Of a DNA stretch of 64,000 nt, positions 14,601 through 28,120 are shown piece by piece. The first letter of the stretch is position 1. The number at the start of each line of letters is the position of its first letter. The notes under the pieces are model-generated. The model was given only the letters and a program-made list of their open reading frames with translations, had not been told where the DNA came from and did no database searches. The position numbers were made by a program, and so were the translations under genes. The stretch spans positions 59,186,679 to 59,250,678 of the forward strand of contig NC_068984.1 of the NCBI RefSeq assembly GCF_001194135.2, in the 5' to 3' direction. The DNA is from Octopus bimaculoides (taxonomy: Eukaryota).

Positions 14601-14757
14601 ACAAACTGAAATTCTAAATATGAGGTCTTGATAACTAATGTACCATTTATAGAATGAAGAAGTAGATACTTCTCTAATTCTATTAGAGATTCAGCTGTAA
14701 GAACAAGGTCATTAGCATAGAGGAGCTCCCTTGGGCAACCAATTTTAAATTCCTCTG

Positions 14758-15030
14758 TTATGGGCTAAAAACCAATCTTTGGTGAACTCCTACTTGCACA
14801 CTAAATTTGCTGTTGTACTCATTGCCGACTTTTACCTCACTGACAGCATCCCTGTACATGGCTTGGAAGGCTCTCACCAACCACTCATCTATCCCTAACT
14901 CACACATTGACCAACAGATGCGGGAGCCAGGAACCCTGTCTAAGGCATTCTCCACCTCAACAACTACCAAGTACAGTGGTTTATCTTTCACTAAATGCTT
15001 CTCCTGCAGTTGCCTATCATTGGATTGCAA
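14758..15030 (-). mobile_element. RTE-clade LINE reverse transcriptase fragment
   Basis: KDKPLYLVVVEVENALDRVPGSRICWSMCELGIDEWLVRAFQAMYRDAVSEVKVGNEYNSKFSVQVGVHQ, matching the RT region ending in GVHQG. Confidence 0.85.
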
Positions 15031-16399
15031 CCATGATGAGTTACCATTTTGAAGGGATTGCTTTAGTCAAGCAGATTTCCCAGGAACTCATTTTCCTAAG
15101 TCTGGTACTTATTCTGTTGATCTCTTTTTGCTGAACCACTAAGTTATGGAGATATAAACAAACCAACACTGGTTGTCAATCAGTGAGGGGCAGGGGAAAA
15201 ACACAGGTACAGAGACACACACAAAACAGGCTTCCACACAGTTTCTATCTGCCAAATTCACTTATAAGACATTGATTGGTCTGGAGTTAAAATAGAAGAC
15301 ACTTGCTCAAGGTGTTATGCAGTAGAACTCAACCTATAACTATGGTTGCAAGCAAGCTTCTTAACTGCTCAATATCTTTTTAATGCATATTTTCCCTTTC
15401 TGCACAAAGTGTGCCAAGATATACTTGATCAAAGATTCACTACAAATAAAAAAAAAAAACAGATTAGGTACTGAGTACTCTTAAGTTACGAGTTTAGAAA
15501 TAAATGGATCAAGCTGGATATATTTGCAATATTTATTGTCACTTTGGTTAAATGAATCGATTACAGGAGAGCTATGTTTCCATAAAGGTAAATTTGTGGC
15601 TTGATTAATTTTTATCATAATCACAAATAAAATATATTTACTAACTACACCTGGTTTGCTCTTTACCATTTAAAGAGCCTACACTTGGTCTCAGCTTGAA
15701 AGTTATTCTTCAAGTTTTTAATATGATTTGAGATATACATGATACTAAACATTCAGTTTGTCTATTTTAAGTTTGATGGCTAATATATAGGCTTCTTAAT
15801 TAATTTTATGTGCTGTTATTTGTTTTTCTATATGTGTTTGTAATATTTGAAGGCAGCCTTGAACATATTGGTATGTCAATCCCATAAAGATCTTTTTTTG
15901 TCTTGTCAATGTGAGAAAATATATTACAAGAGCATTGAGCATTATTCTGTATTTTTTTAATGCTCTTGAATGGTGCACGTGTAAGAATGAAATCATACCT
16001 TTTTTTTTTTTTATCTCAAATAGCTTCTCAGAATTCTCTAATAATTTATTACACAAGGTACAATTTCTTTGTCCTAAAGCCTTATCTTTGATCATCAGAG
16101 GCATCAGTTGAGTTGTTGTCCAGTATATTCTCTTTATCAAAATTTCAACTTGTTAAAAGCATAAAAATATATTCTTTTGTGAATATATTACCAGGTGCTG
16201 GTATGTCCTTAGATAGAAGTCGCTTGTATGTGCAAAGTACTTAATAATAAAGAAGCATTTATATGTACATGAAACTATATATATATCTATCTATCTATGT
16301 ACACAAACACACACACACACACACAAGTGTAAGGAAAAAGAATTCAATACATAAAATAGGATTAAAAGTAATAATGTCAGTGATTTTATTTCTATAAAT

Positions 16400-17610
16400 G
16401 ATTCTAAAATTAGCATTACCTTATATGCCAGAAAATTTTTACTCTCTTTTGAAGGCAGTGTTTTAGCTGGACAAGTTTTTTGATGCAGTCTTTAAATAAT
16501 ATAAGTGAGGTTTGTGGGCTGATGGAATTATATCTTAAACTCTCTGATGAAGGAATTCTACCTCACAGGCTTCAGACTTTATAGAAATGTTGGCTTGTTG
16601 ACTTTTTCTTCATGAATGGCTATCAGTGACAGGCCTAGGAAAGACATTTTTTAATGCATTTAAAGAGCTGAGCTTAAGAATTACAAGTATTACCAATATC
16701 ATATAGTTAATTTTAGATTTTATGCTGGACATAAATACATCTAAATATTGCCCTTATAGAAAACCAAATGAAAAATTGCCCTTACTGGAAGCCAAATGAA
16801 AATATATTAAGTCCTCCAGCCTTGCTCCTGTAGTTTTCAAGAATTTAGTGAATAAAATTAGCTCTTACATTTTGTCAAATGTTTTAACTATGCATCACCC
16901 TAATATAACAATTCATTGAAAGGGAGTGGATTCCATAAGGGAATACAATATATACTATACTGAACAACTCATAAAGCCATAAAAAAGACACAAGCATTAT
17001 ATCACCCCTAACTTCATCCTCCTTACAGTATGGGTGTGGCATCCAATAGCACCAAAACCTTCTTGAACCTTATACTGGGGTACTTCTCTACACATGCTAC
17101 AAAATATTTAACAAAAGCTCCATGAAAGTTGTACTAGCATCATAAAGTATTTGATTTCTGATGTGAACAGGAGAAATTACAATAATTTCTTTGGTCAGTT
17201 GACTAACCACAACAGAATTTTGTCCAATATCAATTCATATTTACTTGATAGCAAATACCTGAGCTACAAGGAAATTCACAGACCACAAGGAACAATTTTA
17301 TTTAAGCTTAACTGAATACACATTTAAGATTAGATACACAAAGGAAGCATATTCTTTTAGGCATGCAATGAAAAGAAACATCACCTCTTAACACAGCACA
17401 TTTGGAGACTGTAATATGATGGCACTAGAAACTTCAAGATACTATGGTCAATGATACAATTTGCCAAACCACCATTTAAAGGATTTAGGCTGTAGTGCTT
17501 ATGTAACTGAGAAAAATTCTTCATACTGGTGTCTCCTTTCAACTTATTGAATTCTAGGAATGAATTATTTTTGAAATTTCATCACCAAAAATAGTTTATT
17601 CTACAAAAAC
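16400..17610 (+). mobile_element. Decayed Penelope-like element (RT plus GIY-YIG endonuclease)
   Basis: Manual translation across stops and frameshifts: YARKFLLSF; FDAV..EVCGLMELYL; LYRNVGL (=LYRDDGL); NAFKELSLRITSITN..VNF.DF..INTSKYCPYRKPN; HPPYSMGVASN..TFLNLI; FNKSSMKV; LSLTEYTFKIRY; C...TEK; NLLNSRNEL. This motif order matches PLE ORFs. Confidence 0.8.
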
Positions 17611-18445
17611 TTTATTTTTACCTACAGACTGAATTATAAATATTATGAATATGAATATTTAGAGTTCTAAATATGAATATATAGTATTCTCCTCCCTCTA
17701 CTAGCTAAATGTTGTTCAGAAATATATCATAGGAAACTGAATGCTATTAGTAAGTTTGATTCTTGTCTGTTGAATCTTGTACATCCTATTACCTTATTTT
17801 ATTCCATATTCATTTATTTATTTAAGCACTAATTAGCTGTTTTTGCTGAACTGTTTGTATATATATCTCTCTCTGTTCCTCAAAATTTTCTTTTACATTT
17901 TTTCACACTACAGTAGCATTTCTCTTTCTTCTTTCCTCTATTCTTCAGTACTTCATAAACTTCACTACTTTCTCTTCTCTGATTTTTTGTCACTCTATTC
18001 AATCAGTCATGTTACATAATCACAACCCCTATATTTTCTTATTCACATTCATGTTTCTCCCTAATAATTATACCGTCTCTCCATAACTTTATTGTTGTCA
18101 ATTATGCCTACTTTATCATAGATTAAATATCTCTTCTTTCTTTCTCTATCCTCTTTGAAACTTTTCTCATTATGTCCTTTTTTTTTCTCTAAGCTCTTTT
18201 TCTTAGTCTTCTTCAATATGGGCTTCATTATTTCACAGATTTCTATCTATAATTTTTTGTTTCATTTCTGTCATAATATTTCAATACCTTATCAACTATT
18301 AAGTTTGGAATGTTAAATTTAAAAAACAAAGCTTCATTTTGGACATCTATGTAGGACTTATATAAATAAGCCTGGAATTTATTATGAAGCCTTTAGTTGT
18401 AACATTAATCCTATATTATATACTTTTTCTTTATGATATATATAT

Positions 18446-18481
<36 letters not shown>

Positions 18482-18789
18482 GTTTAACGTCCGCTTCCCA
18501 TGCGATTTGACTGGGGACTGGTGAACCAGATGGTTGCACCAGGCTCCAATCTGATCTGGCAGAGTTTCTACTGCTGGATGTCCTTCCTAATGCCAACCAC
18601 TCTGAGAGTGTAGAGGGTGCTTTTATGTGCCACCGGCACGAGGGCCAGTCAGGTGGTACTGGCAACGGCCACACTCAAATTTTTACATGCCACCTGCACA
18701 GGAGCCAGTCCAGTGGCACTGGTGACCTCGCTCAAATATTTTTTCACATGCCACCGGCACAAGTGCCAGTAAGGTGACGCTGGTATATA

Positions 18790-18987
18790 TATATATATAT
18801 ATACACACACACATATATATATGTACATATAAATACATACATATATATGTATACACACACACATGATACATGTACATATAAATACATACATACATACATA
18901 TATACACACACATGATACATGTACATATAAATACATACATACATACATATATACACACACATGATACATGTACATATAAATACATAC

Positions 18988-19078
<91 letters not shown>

Positions 19079-19090
19079 TATGATACATAT
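18790..19090. repeat. Compound minisatellite of about 50 bp built from (TACA)/(CA) motifs, ending in (TA)n
   Basis: catgatacatgtacatataaatacatacat... repeated three times. Confidence 0.85.
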
Positions 19091-20249
19091 ACATACACCC
19101 ATGAACACACACATATATGTATTATATGTCTTTATCAATGATGTATCATGAAAAAAGTTCAGCTATGGATAATAGCATATAATACTTTGGGTTAATCCTT
19201 TGAGTGGAAAAAAAAAGGCAGAAAGCTATGTGCAGGATTCAAACTATGCATCTTCTCTAACCCAGACACACATGCTACAAATGAACTTAAACAGTCCACT
19301 CCCTCCCATCATCATCATCATTTAACGTCCGTTTTCCATGCTAGCATGGGTTGGACGATTTGACTGAGGCCTGGTGAACCAGATGGCTACACCAGGCTCC
19401 AATCTGATTTGGCAAAGTTTCTACAGCTGGATGCCCTTCCTAACGCCAACCACTCCAAGAGTGTAGCGGGTGCTTTTACGTGCCACCGGCAAGAAGGTCA
19501 GTCAGGTGGTACTGGCAACGGCCATGCTCAAAATGATGTATTTTATGTGCCACTTGCACAGGAGCCAGTCCAGCGGCACTGGCAACGATCTCACTCGAAT
19601 GACTTTTCACATGCCACCAACACAAGTGCCAGGAACGCGAAGCTGTGGCACAAGTGTCAGAAAGGCAATGCTGGTAACGATCACGCTCGAACGATGGTGC
19701 CATCACAATTTCGCTTTCCCATCTTCCATCAGATTAGATGCTTTTATTTTACCAGTGAGAAAGTATGTTTATATTCAGACTACTAATATTTTCTTCCTGG
19801 TAAAATTGTTTAAAGTGCTTAATTTGAGGAAAGAAAGATGAGTAAGATGCTGCTTTAGTGTAATTGTTAGCACTTCTGTTTGGATTACAGTAGATGCATG
19901 GTTTTGAGTCTTACATGTAACTTTCTGTGTTTTTTATTTTTTTTCATCCAAGACCTCTTTACCCCAGTTGTAATATAAGCTCTTATTTATAGCTGAATTC
20001 ACTTCAAGACACATTAATTACAAGGACTTATATTTCTCATTGCATACACTTCCATATACATACATTCTATCACATTATAGTGTTGCAACTGTTCATTATA
20101 CAACTGCTTTATATGGAATCCTCGCCTGCTATTGTACTTGATATTGTAAACCTTATAGTAAACATTTTATAGACAATAGAACTGTTTCAATATATGGGCA
20201 TAGTTTCTCAGTACATGCAATATACTGAAAACAACACTATATTACTGTA

Positions 20250-20284
<35 letters not shown>

Positions 20285-20852
20285 AAGGGAGATATGGAGA
20301 AAATTTAACAGTGGGGACTGGAATAATGAATAATTTTGGGTAATTTTTGAAATATCTAATAAGCTATTTTCATTTGAAAAAATTGCTTAAATTATAAAGA
20401 CACTTTCTGAAAGTAACAGATATTTTTTTAAGCTTGTCAAAGAAATCAACTTTCTTTATCAGACTAAGATTAACTTCAGCTTGTAGCAAGCATGACTACA
20501 TAGAAATTCATTTTTCAAGAAATTGTACTTTTTATTTGAAATTTTAATTTTTTCATGTTCAGGATCATCAATGGTATTTTTTTTTTTTTCCTTTTTTATA
20601 AGGTTTATTTGTGAAAACGAACAAAATCTTTGAATACAATACATTGAAATCAACATGCATGTTAAAATTTTTGTAACAGTATTCCATTCTTGTGCATTTT
20701 ATTTTGTTGATTAATTGTATTAGAAAATGTGTTGTCTTTAAATATCCCCAAATAGATGTAGTTGATATTTTTCTTTATTGTTGTTGTTTTTATGTAAATC
20801 TTTGAGAAATAAGCTTTAATGATTTCTTTTCATTTTGTTTTGCTTTAATTAG

Positions 20853-20927
20853 TATGGTTGTGAAAAATGATCAACTCTCTCAGAGTAGATCAAAAGAACT
20901 GGATTCTAACAGCGACAGAGAAGAACT
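20853..20927 (+). CDS. RGS20: RZ-family RGS protein, first visible coding exon ([C]MVVKNDQLSQSRSKELDSNSDREE)
   Basis: Acceptor ...ttaattag at 20851-52 and donor GTAAGT at 20928. The phase-2 exit joins the next exon in frame. MVVKNDQ resembles LTVRNEE, which follows the Cys string in vertebrate RGS17. ATG at 20854. The symbol stands for a co-orthologue of RGS17/19/20. Confidence 0.7.
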
Positions 20928-21499
20928 GTAAGTATATCAATATGTTAATATAGTCATTGTTGCTGTTCTTGTTGCTTTTTCTGTTACTGTTATTGTTGTT
21001 TCCATTATTTTGAGATGTTCCTGTTTGGACAACTTTTCTCTAACACACATAACCAACCATGAAAAATATTTCATTGACTTTTCCATCTTTATGAAGTTTA
21101 GTTGTAGAGAGAGAGGGAGGGAGGGAGAGAGAGGGAGGGAGAGAGAGGGAGGGAGAGAAAGAAAGAGTGAGATGTCCTGAAATTTTAAGGCTTGCACTAC
21201 ATCAAGAATTCTCAACTGGGGTCTTCATGGCCCTTGGATTCCATATAAGATTTGGCTGTTAAAATTTGTCTGAAATAAATCTGTTATACTTCTACAATAC
21301 ACAAAATATTCTAACAATTTCTTTTATACAATTCCTAAAAATATTTAATTATAAAGATATAATAGGGCTTTTTACACATCAAATGGTTGAGGGTTCATCT
21401 GAGTTAAATAGGATTCAAAGAGACCCATGACAGGAAAATGGGTTGAGACTATGTTCCTGTCATCATCACTTTTACATCTACTTTACCATGCTTACATGT

Positions 21500-21960
21500 A
21501 TTGAATGAGTCCTCTCCAACACAACCTCTTACCATTTGTTGCATTTTTTTTTTTGTCAACACCTTTGTGAAGTGTAGTATCTTGAGATCAGCTTCCACCA
21601 CCGAAGTTTTGTTAGTCTTCTTTTTCTAGTTTCCTCCCACTTGATTGTCCCAGCTTTTCTTTACTGTCATCATTCATATACATTACATGTCCACACTAAC
21701 ATTACTTATCCAGTGGATCATGTTTAATTTCTTTCCAGCTTTCACACATCCCCTGCATTCAATGCTCATATCTCCCTACCATGCAACTTTATACTTTGTT
21801 CTTAGTCACTGAACAGTATACCCTTAGATTAAGGAGACAATCCTTTTCTTATCAGTAGAGGTAAAAGCTCTTTGATTTTTTTTTCCCACCTTGTTCTTTC
21901 TCTGGTTATTATGCTTTCAGAGTACTGTCCTCCACTGCTCGTTATGAATTACTTCTATAG
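21500..21960 (-). mobile_element. Highly decayed RTE-type ORF2 C-terminal relic
   Basis: The minus strand gives CGHVMYMNDDS..., resembling the W.GHV.RM motif. Many disruptions. Confidence 0.4.
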
Positions 21961-22065
21961 AGGCTGCGGGACATTAGAAAGAATTATTTTACTAGTGCTC
22001 TAGTTGCTAGGTTTTCCTGTGATTTTATTATTTTACTAATCTGCTTTTAGATTTAATGTGTAAAG

Positions 22066-22316
22066 CTTTGTTTCCCAAAGTGGACAGTACTGCCCCACCC
22101 CTGGGGGTGGTAGAAAGATTCAGTGGGACGTTGGAGAAAAGTTGGGTGATAATAGGGTGGCCAAAAGAGGGTGATGAATGTGAAATACAGATTTTTTGAT
22201 TCTGCTGCAGAAAGTGGTCTATGTTTGTGGTGGTGAGTTAGGAAGGGGATGCTAGGGATGTGGCCTGGGTGCCAGGGGGTGGGGGCAGCAGCTTAACAAA
22301 AGTTTGGGAACCACTG
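22066..22316. mobile_element. hAT (Buster/Charlie-like) MITE
   Basis: TIRs c..tgtttcccaaa / tttgggaaccactg. 8-bp TSD gtgtaaag/atgtaaag with central TA. Confidence 0.75.
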
Positions 22317-23865
22317 ATGTAAAGCTATCATATATCACTTGAAAAGTATATCCTGATTGCTTGTAACACTTGAGAAAGAATTATACTTTCTTTTGCAACA
22401 AACCTTACTGTTCTGACTTTCTAACTATATAAATACACTTCATCATAAATGTATTCCTGTTTCCACTTAACCTTTTGAGTCAAACTCTATTGATGCTTCT
22501 ACTAAAGTAAACAGAACCAGTTTTACAAGATACAAAAGCAATATGTTCAAAATTTCTGTAAAACATCAGATCCTCAATAGGCAAAGTTATGTTCAAGGCA
22601 ACATTAAAATTATTTTAAATATCATGTCTAATATGTCTAATGTTTAAATATGATGTCTGCTAATTTAAGGAAGATAATATGAGTTTCACATGCATGAACA
22701 AAGAGTTATGCCCACTTAAATAGAACAGCCATAGAAAAGTAGTAACCTATTTCACTAATGTTAATTCAAATGTAGTTAGTGATAATGACACCACTGCAAT
22801 ACAATACAATGGAATTATTGAGGGAAGTTTCAAAAACCTTTTCTAAAATTACATTTCACTATTGTGAAACATAAACAAGAAAGAGGAATTGCACCATCAC
22901 TTCAATCTATATACAGATATTGAAAGATAGAATTAATCATTTAAAATTCTTAGAGGATACACTGAACCAAAGCAAATCTTACATTAATGGATCCAGAATT
23001 TGCTGCCTATGTATTATGGAAATGTTCTACAATGAAACTAAATTCAAGACCTCAAATAATTATTTAATAAAAGGTTTGAAATTTTATCCAAATGGCATTT
23101 ACTACATAATATTAATAAATACCTCAGAGCTAATTTTAATCAAACAGTGGAACATAATTAAATACTTGATATTCTAGTGTTGGTCTATATCAGTATAAGT
23201 GTACAAGTGCATGTACATATAAATGGAAATTAGCAACATGCTCATACAGATGAAGAACACTTAAAACTTTCATTCGAATCACAAGCTGAAGAATACTCTA
23301 TTTAGCAGAGAGGCATGGGAAAAGAATAATTTTTATCTACTACATTATAACAATATATTCTCTCTGCCCGAATTATTTTTATTTGTGAAACCACTTACAA
23401 ATTATATATTCCTTCATCATCATCGTCTTGGCTTCCTCTTTTTCATACTAGCATGGGTCAGACAGAATTTATTGAAGCAGATTTTCTATGAATGGATGCT
23501 CATCCTATCACTGATTTTTGCTTGTTTTCAAGCAAAGTAATATTTCTCCATGGTCACACATTTTCATGAAAGACTGGAAGCAATGGACCCTGCTTATATG
23601 TTGGTGGTACTCATTTCCTATTGTCATGCCATATCAAAACGAGGAGACACAAACATATCTTTTACTGGTTTCAGTCATTGAACTACAGCTATACACCTGG
23701 GGCACCATCTTGGGGAGTTTAGCTGAATGAATCAACCCCAGTACTTATGTTGTTAAGTCTGGTACTTATTCTATCTATATCTTTTGCCAAACTGCTAAAT
23801 TATGGGAGATGTAAACAAACAAACATTGATTGTCAATAAGCAACAGGGGACAAACACAAGTACAT

Positions 23866-23928
<63 letters not shown>

Positions 23929-25569
23929 ATCATCATCATCATTTAGCGTCTGTTCTCTATGCTGGCATGGGTTGGATAGTTTGATAGGAGCTGGCCAGCG
24001 GGAGAGCTGCCCAAGCTCCATATTTGGTATGGTTTGTACAGTTGGATGCCTTTCCTAGTACCAACCACTTTACAGAGTGTAATAAGTGCTTTTACGTAGC
24101 ACCAGCATGGGCACTACACACATGCATATAGTAATAAAGATGAAAGCAAATGGATAATACAAGTATTATTACATGTGTTTTTTTAACAAAGACTTATGAT
24201 TTACACATTATGACATACATCTTAGCATGCAATAACTTGTGAGATTATATAAAATTATGCAATAACATGTTCGCATAACATTACCACTTTGATATCAACC
24301 ATAATACCATTTGGTACATATCGCCTAATTAACCTCAGATGGTGTATTACCTCATAAAGTGGCAACGTTACATAAACACATTCTTGCATAATCTTAAATA
24401 ATATTGCAAGTTATTACACAACAAGTTGTATGACACAGTGAGTTAATGATAAATTAGTGACTTCACTAATGATTTAATTTGATCCTCTTATCTTATACAC
24501 ATGCATGTACTTGCATGAGTGTAAGTGCATGCATACAATCAACTTACCTTCTTCCCCAAAATTGCTGGCCTTGTGTCAAATCTTGAAACCAGTATTTTAT
24601 TGCTGACATATATTTTCATCAATCTAGAAAGTCTAAAATATATGAGACATCAGACTAGATAACATGATGTATGTAGTGTGCTTTTTATTCTTGTCTTCTC
24701 TCTATGTTCTGCAAATACTGATATAAGTTAGAGGGTGTAATTTGCACGAAACATTATTAATGATTACAGCATAGAAGACACATTTTAGCCATTCAAAAAC
24801 ATACAAAGATTGTTAACTTCACTTAAACACTTACTGTTTGGTGTCAAAATTTTCATCACACGACTGCAATCTGGTTACTGACATGATTCCACTGCATCTG
24901 GTTTGTGATATTGTTGGTTATAAGTTCCAGAGTTATTTATTTTTTTCTATGTGTCAGTCATTCTGGTTGGGTGCTCCATGGCTGGTTAGTTAACTTTGGC
25001 AGTAACTCTAAGCTATGTAATTTGAGAAAAGGTAACACAGTTCTAAAGAAGGGTAATAATAGATTTATTTAATAATGAAAATTTTATTTTAGTTTTGTGA
25101 TTAGAGCTAATATAGGTCAAAGTATTGAATAGAATTATTTTTACTTCTATCAATATCCTTTGTTTATATTTACATATTATTACCACTATACTAAAACTAT
25201 CTCACTGCCAAACAAACGGTTATTTTCTGTAAACTCCAATCACTAATTATTTCATGCATGCTTTGCCTTCAAACAAGAAACTGAACATAGTATTTCACAA
25301 CTTAAATTTCAATGAAATGCAAACTGACTAAATACTAAACTACCATCAAGACAACTGAGTAATCTCTATAGGGTTGCTTGATCAACCTGCTAGAAATAGC
25401 AATCAGATCACTTTGAAATTAAACCATCTTGAAATGGATGCATTCATTCATGTAGTTCTAGATATACAGGGAGATAGTTGGAATGCCTTTGTCATAGGTC
25501 TATTCCTTAAGGACTCACCTGGGGGCTAAACAACAATAAAACAGTAATTTACTATTATTAGAGTGGCCA

Positions 25570-25857
25570 AATAATGTAGCAATCTGGCAGAATCATTATA
25601 GCATTAGATAAAATGCCTAACAGTAATTCTTCCACATCTTACATTATGAGTTCAAATTCTCCTAGAGTCATCTTTGTATTAGTGAAGTACTGTGATTGAC
25701 GGTAAAATAAAGCACCCATGAAGTACTGGGGTTAATAGTAAAATAAAGTACCAGTGAAGTACTGGGGTTGATGGTAAAATAAAGTACCAGTGAAGTACTG
25801 GGCTATACCATTGACTCAAAATTGCTGACCTTGTGCTAAATTTTGAAACCATTATTA
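25570..25857 (+). mobile_element. SINE family A copy with an internal 36-bp tandem expansion
   Basis: Family A head and tail around repeats starting at 25682, 25718, 25754 and 25790. Confidence 0.75.
25682..25802 (+). repeat. 36-bp minisatellite (about 3.3 units)
   Basis: Unit gtgaagtactggggttgatggtaaaataaagtacca with period 36. Confidence 0.9.
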
Positions 25858-25996
25858 GTGTAACCAAATATTTCTGCAAAATTATTGGGCTTATTAGGAA
25901 TGTTCTGGATCTTTTTGCAAAAAATTCAAGTTTTGTGATGTTCAAAATTTCTTTATAAGAAATAACAAATTTGTATATTTTTTTTATTTTATTTAG

Positions 25997-26058
25997 TTTA
26001 TCATTAGAAGATATGAAAAACTGGTCTGAATCTTTTGACCGACTTATAAGAAGTAATG
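25997..26058 (+). CDS. RGS20: RZ-family RGS exon, start of RGS box (LSLEDMKNWSESFDRLIRSN)
   Basis: Acceptor tttag at 25995-96, donor GTAAGT at 26059. 62 nt, phase 2 to phase 1. Matches the RGS helix-1 pattern W..SFD.L. Confidence 0.88.
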
Positions 26059-26236
26059 GTAAGTATACTATTAAATACTTTACAGCTGCTCTTTTTATTG
26101 TTACCTTTCTTATTCTTCTGATTCTTGTGGTTTTACTTGTTTGTAGATATGGTATCTACAAATCAATCTTTCTTCTTGTTTACATCACATACCAAAAAGT
26201 TGTTTGTATTGAATAGTCAGCAAGGCAGATTTTTTC

Positions 26237-26466
26237 TTAAACCCTTTAGCATTCAGATTACTCTATCAAATGTAATGCTTATTTATTCACATTGTTTTGA
26301 ATTAATCGTACAATACCTTGTGGCTTTAAGATTTCAATGATGTGATTGTTTAATTTTAGAGTAACACTGTATGGGAGATGTGGGAGGTTAGATCTGACTG
26401 GTTTGAACATAAAACAGGTTGAATATTTGGGCCAGGTATGACCAGTTTAAATGTTAAAGGGGTTAA
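26237..26466. mobile_element. piggyBac-like MITE, copy 3 (in RGS intron)
   Basis: Same family body and TIRs as 4501-4728. Confidence 0.8.
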
Positions 26467-27139
26467 CCTTTTGTCATTTAACCCTTTTCTGATAATAATT
26501 CTAATGACAAACACTGCCTATGTGTTCTAATTCGTTTTGAAAACAATGATGAAATGAAATGAATTTAGTACAATTTAGTATGAACTTTCTCGTTATTAAG
26601 CTGATATCTGGAATATAACTTAACTTTTGCCTGTCCAAAACATTTGCATAACTTCATCTTAAACATCCATTCTTGCTTGCAAACTTTTAGGTAATCCTTG
26701 TTTCAGATGTTCTAAGTAAATATAAAGGTTTCCTTTCATGAGCCTCAAGTTAGACTGATGGTTGAAAAAAAATGGGGAATATGTATCATATATGATGTGT
26801 GTATGCCACAGAAACAAATATGTTCTGTGTATCACATGTGATACTCAGGACTGGCAAAAGATTTCAAAAATGTTACTTAAAATTACGACAGAAGCTTCTG
26901 ATTTAGATATGGTCACTTTAAAATGGCTATTTTTGTATCATATTTTACAGGTTGGTACAAAAGGTGTTAAAGGTGTATAACTATGAAGTTTTCCTTTCTT
27001 AATAAAGCAGTGGTATTCGTAGTTAGCCCTATAACATTATAAGATCATTGTAGTGCCATTGATGATCTAGTACTCTTCTAGGTATTCTGAGATCATATTT
27101 ATTCTTATAATTTATACACTGTTGCTTATATACATGAAG

Positions 27140-27420
27140 GCACATGGTTTAGTGGTTAGGGTATTTGACTTGCGATCATGAGGTTGTGAGTTTGATTACC
27201 AGTGGCACGTTGTGCCCTTGAGCAAGACACTTTATTTCACATTGCTCCAGTCCACTCAGTTGGCAAAAATGAGTTGTACCTGTATTTAAAAGGGGCCAGC
27301 TTTGTCACACTCTGTGTCCCACTGAATCTCCCTGAGAACTATGCTAAGGGAGTCTGTGGAGTGTTCAACCACTTTCATGTTAATTTCACAAACAGGATGT
27401 TCCAACGTGTGGGCCATACC
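27140..27420 (+). mobile_element. Older tRNA-derived SINE (separate family)
   Basis: ggcacatggtttagtggttagg (A-box-like), gagtttgattacc (B-box-like) and cccttgagcaagacactt core. Confidence 0.6.
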
Positions 27421-27633
27421 TACTTAATGAATGTCTGACCTATGAACTTGGTAAAGTACAGATATCTGAATTTCCCTCAACTCCCAAGAGTATAGTTCCT
27501 TGTACCTAGAATGATATTATTCTGTAAGATTCAAAGTTAAAACTTTTGCATTCCTGAAATGTTACCTACTTCACTTGAATTTGCAAAAAATAAAAATAAG
27601 AAAAAAGTAAATTGAAAAATTTACTATTTTTAG

Positions 27634-27800
27634 GTGGTCGAAGAAAATTTCGAGAATTCCTTCGAATGGAATATAGTGAAGAAAATATGTTATTTTGGCT
27701 AGCATGTGAAGAACTGAAGAGGGAACAAAATTCTGAATTAATAGAAGAAAAAGCCAGATTAATATACGAAGATTATATTTCTATACTGTCTCCAAAAGAG
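27634..27800 (+). CDS. RGS20: RZ-family RGS exon (GGRRKFREFLRMEYSEENMLFWLACEELKREQNSELIEEKARLIYEDYISILSPKE)
   Basis: Classic RGS box motifs FREFL..EYSEEN.LFWLACE and IYEDYISILSPKE. AG at 27632-33, GTAAGT at 27801. 167 nt, phase 1 to phase 0. Confidence 0.97.
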
Positions 27801-28120
27801 GTAAGTTTAATTGCCTGAGAACTATTTTATAAAATTTCTGAAGTCTCTGTGTATACCTAGAAGAAAATACTTCGATATGATTAATTATCTACTAACTATT
27901 GACAAATTCAAAAATGTGAATTGACTGATATTTTTTATATGTGCGTGTGTGTATGTATATATATATTAGTTTGTAACAATCATACAAACACAAAAGTTTT
28001 GCACAAATCTGATATCTGATAGACCTATAGTCATCACTGTGCCTGTTTGGAGCTAGAATTATGACTTTAAAAATGAGTGGAGAGGGACTGAGCTCTATAT
28101 GAAAAGTTAATGTGCATATA

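Noticed and set aside
16544-16600. CTGATGAAGG...GAAATGTTGG hammerhead-like motif
   Set aside because: It lies inside the Penelope RT coding relic (the LYRNVGL codons overlap the GAAA) and has no supporting stems.
17860-18290. Pyrimidine-rich stretch possibly encoding a LINE endonuclease on the minus strand
   Set aside because: Only one faint motif resemblance, too decayed to support.
25682-25802. 36-bp repeats as a CRISPR array
   Set aside because: The units are contiguous with no unique spacers, the sequence is SINE-derived and eukaryotic, and there are no cas genes.
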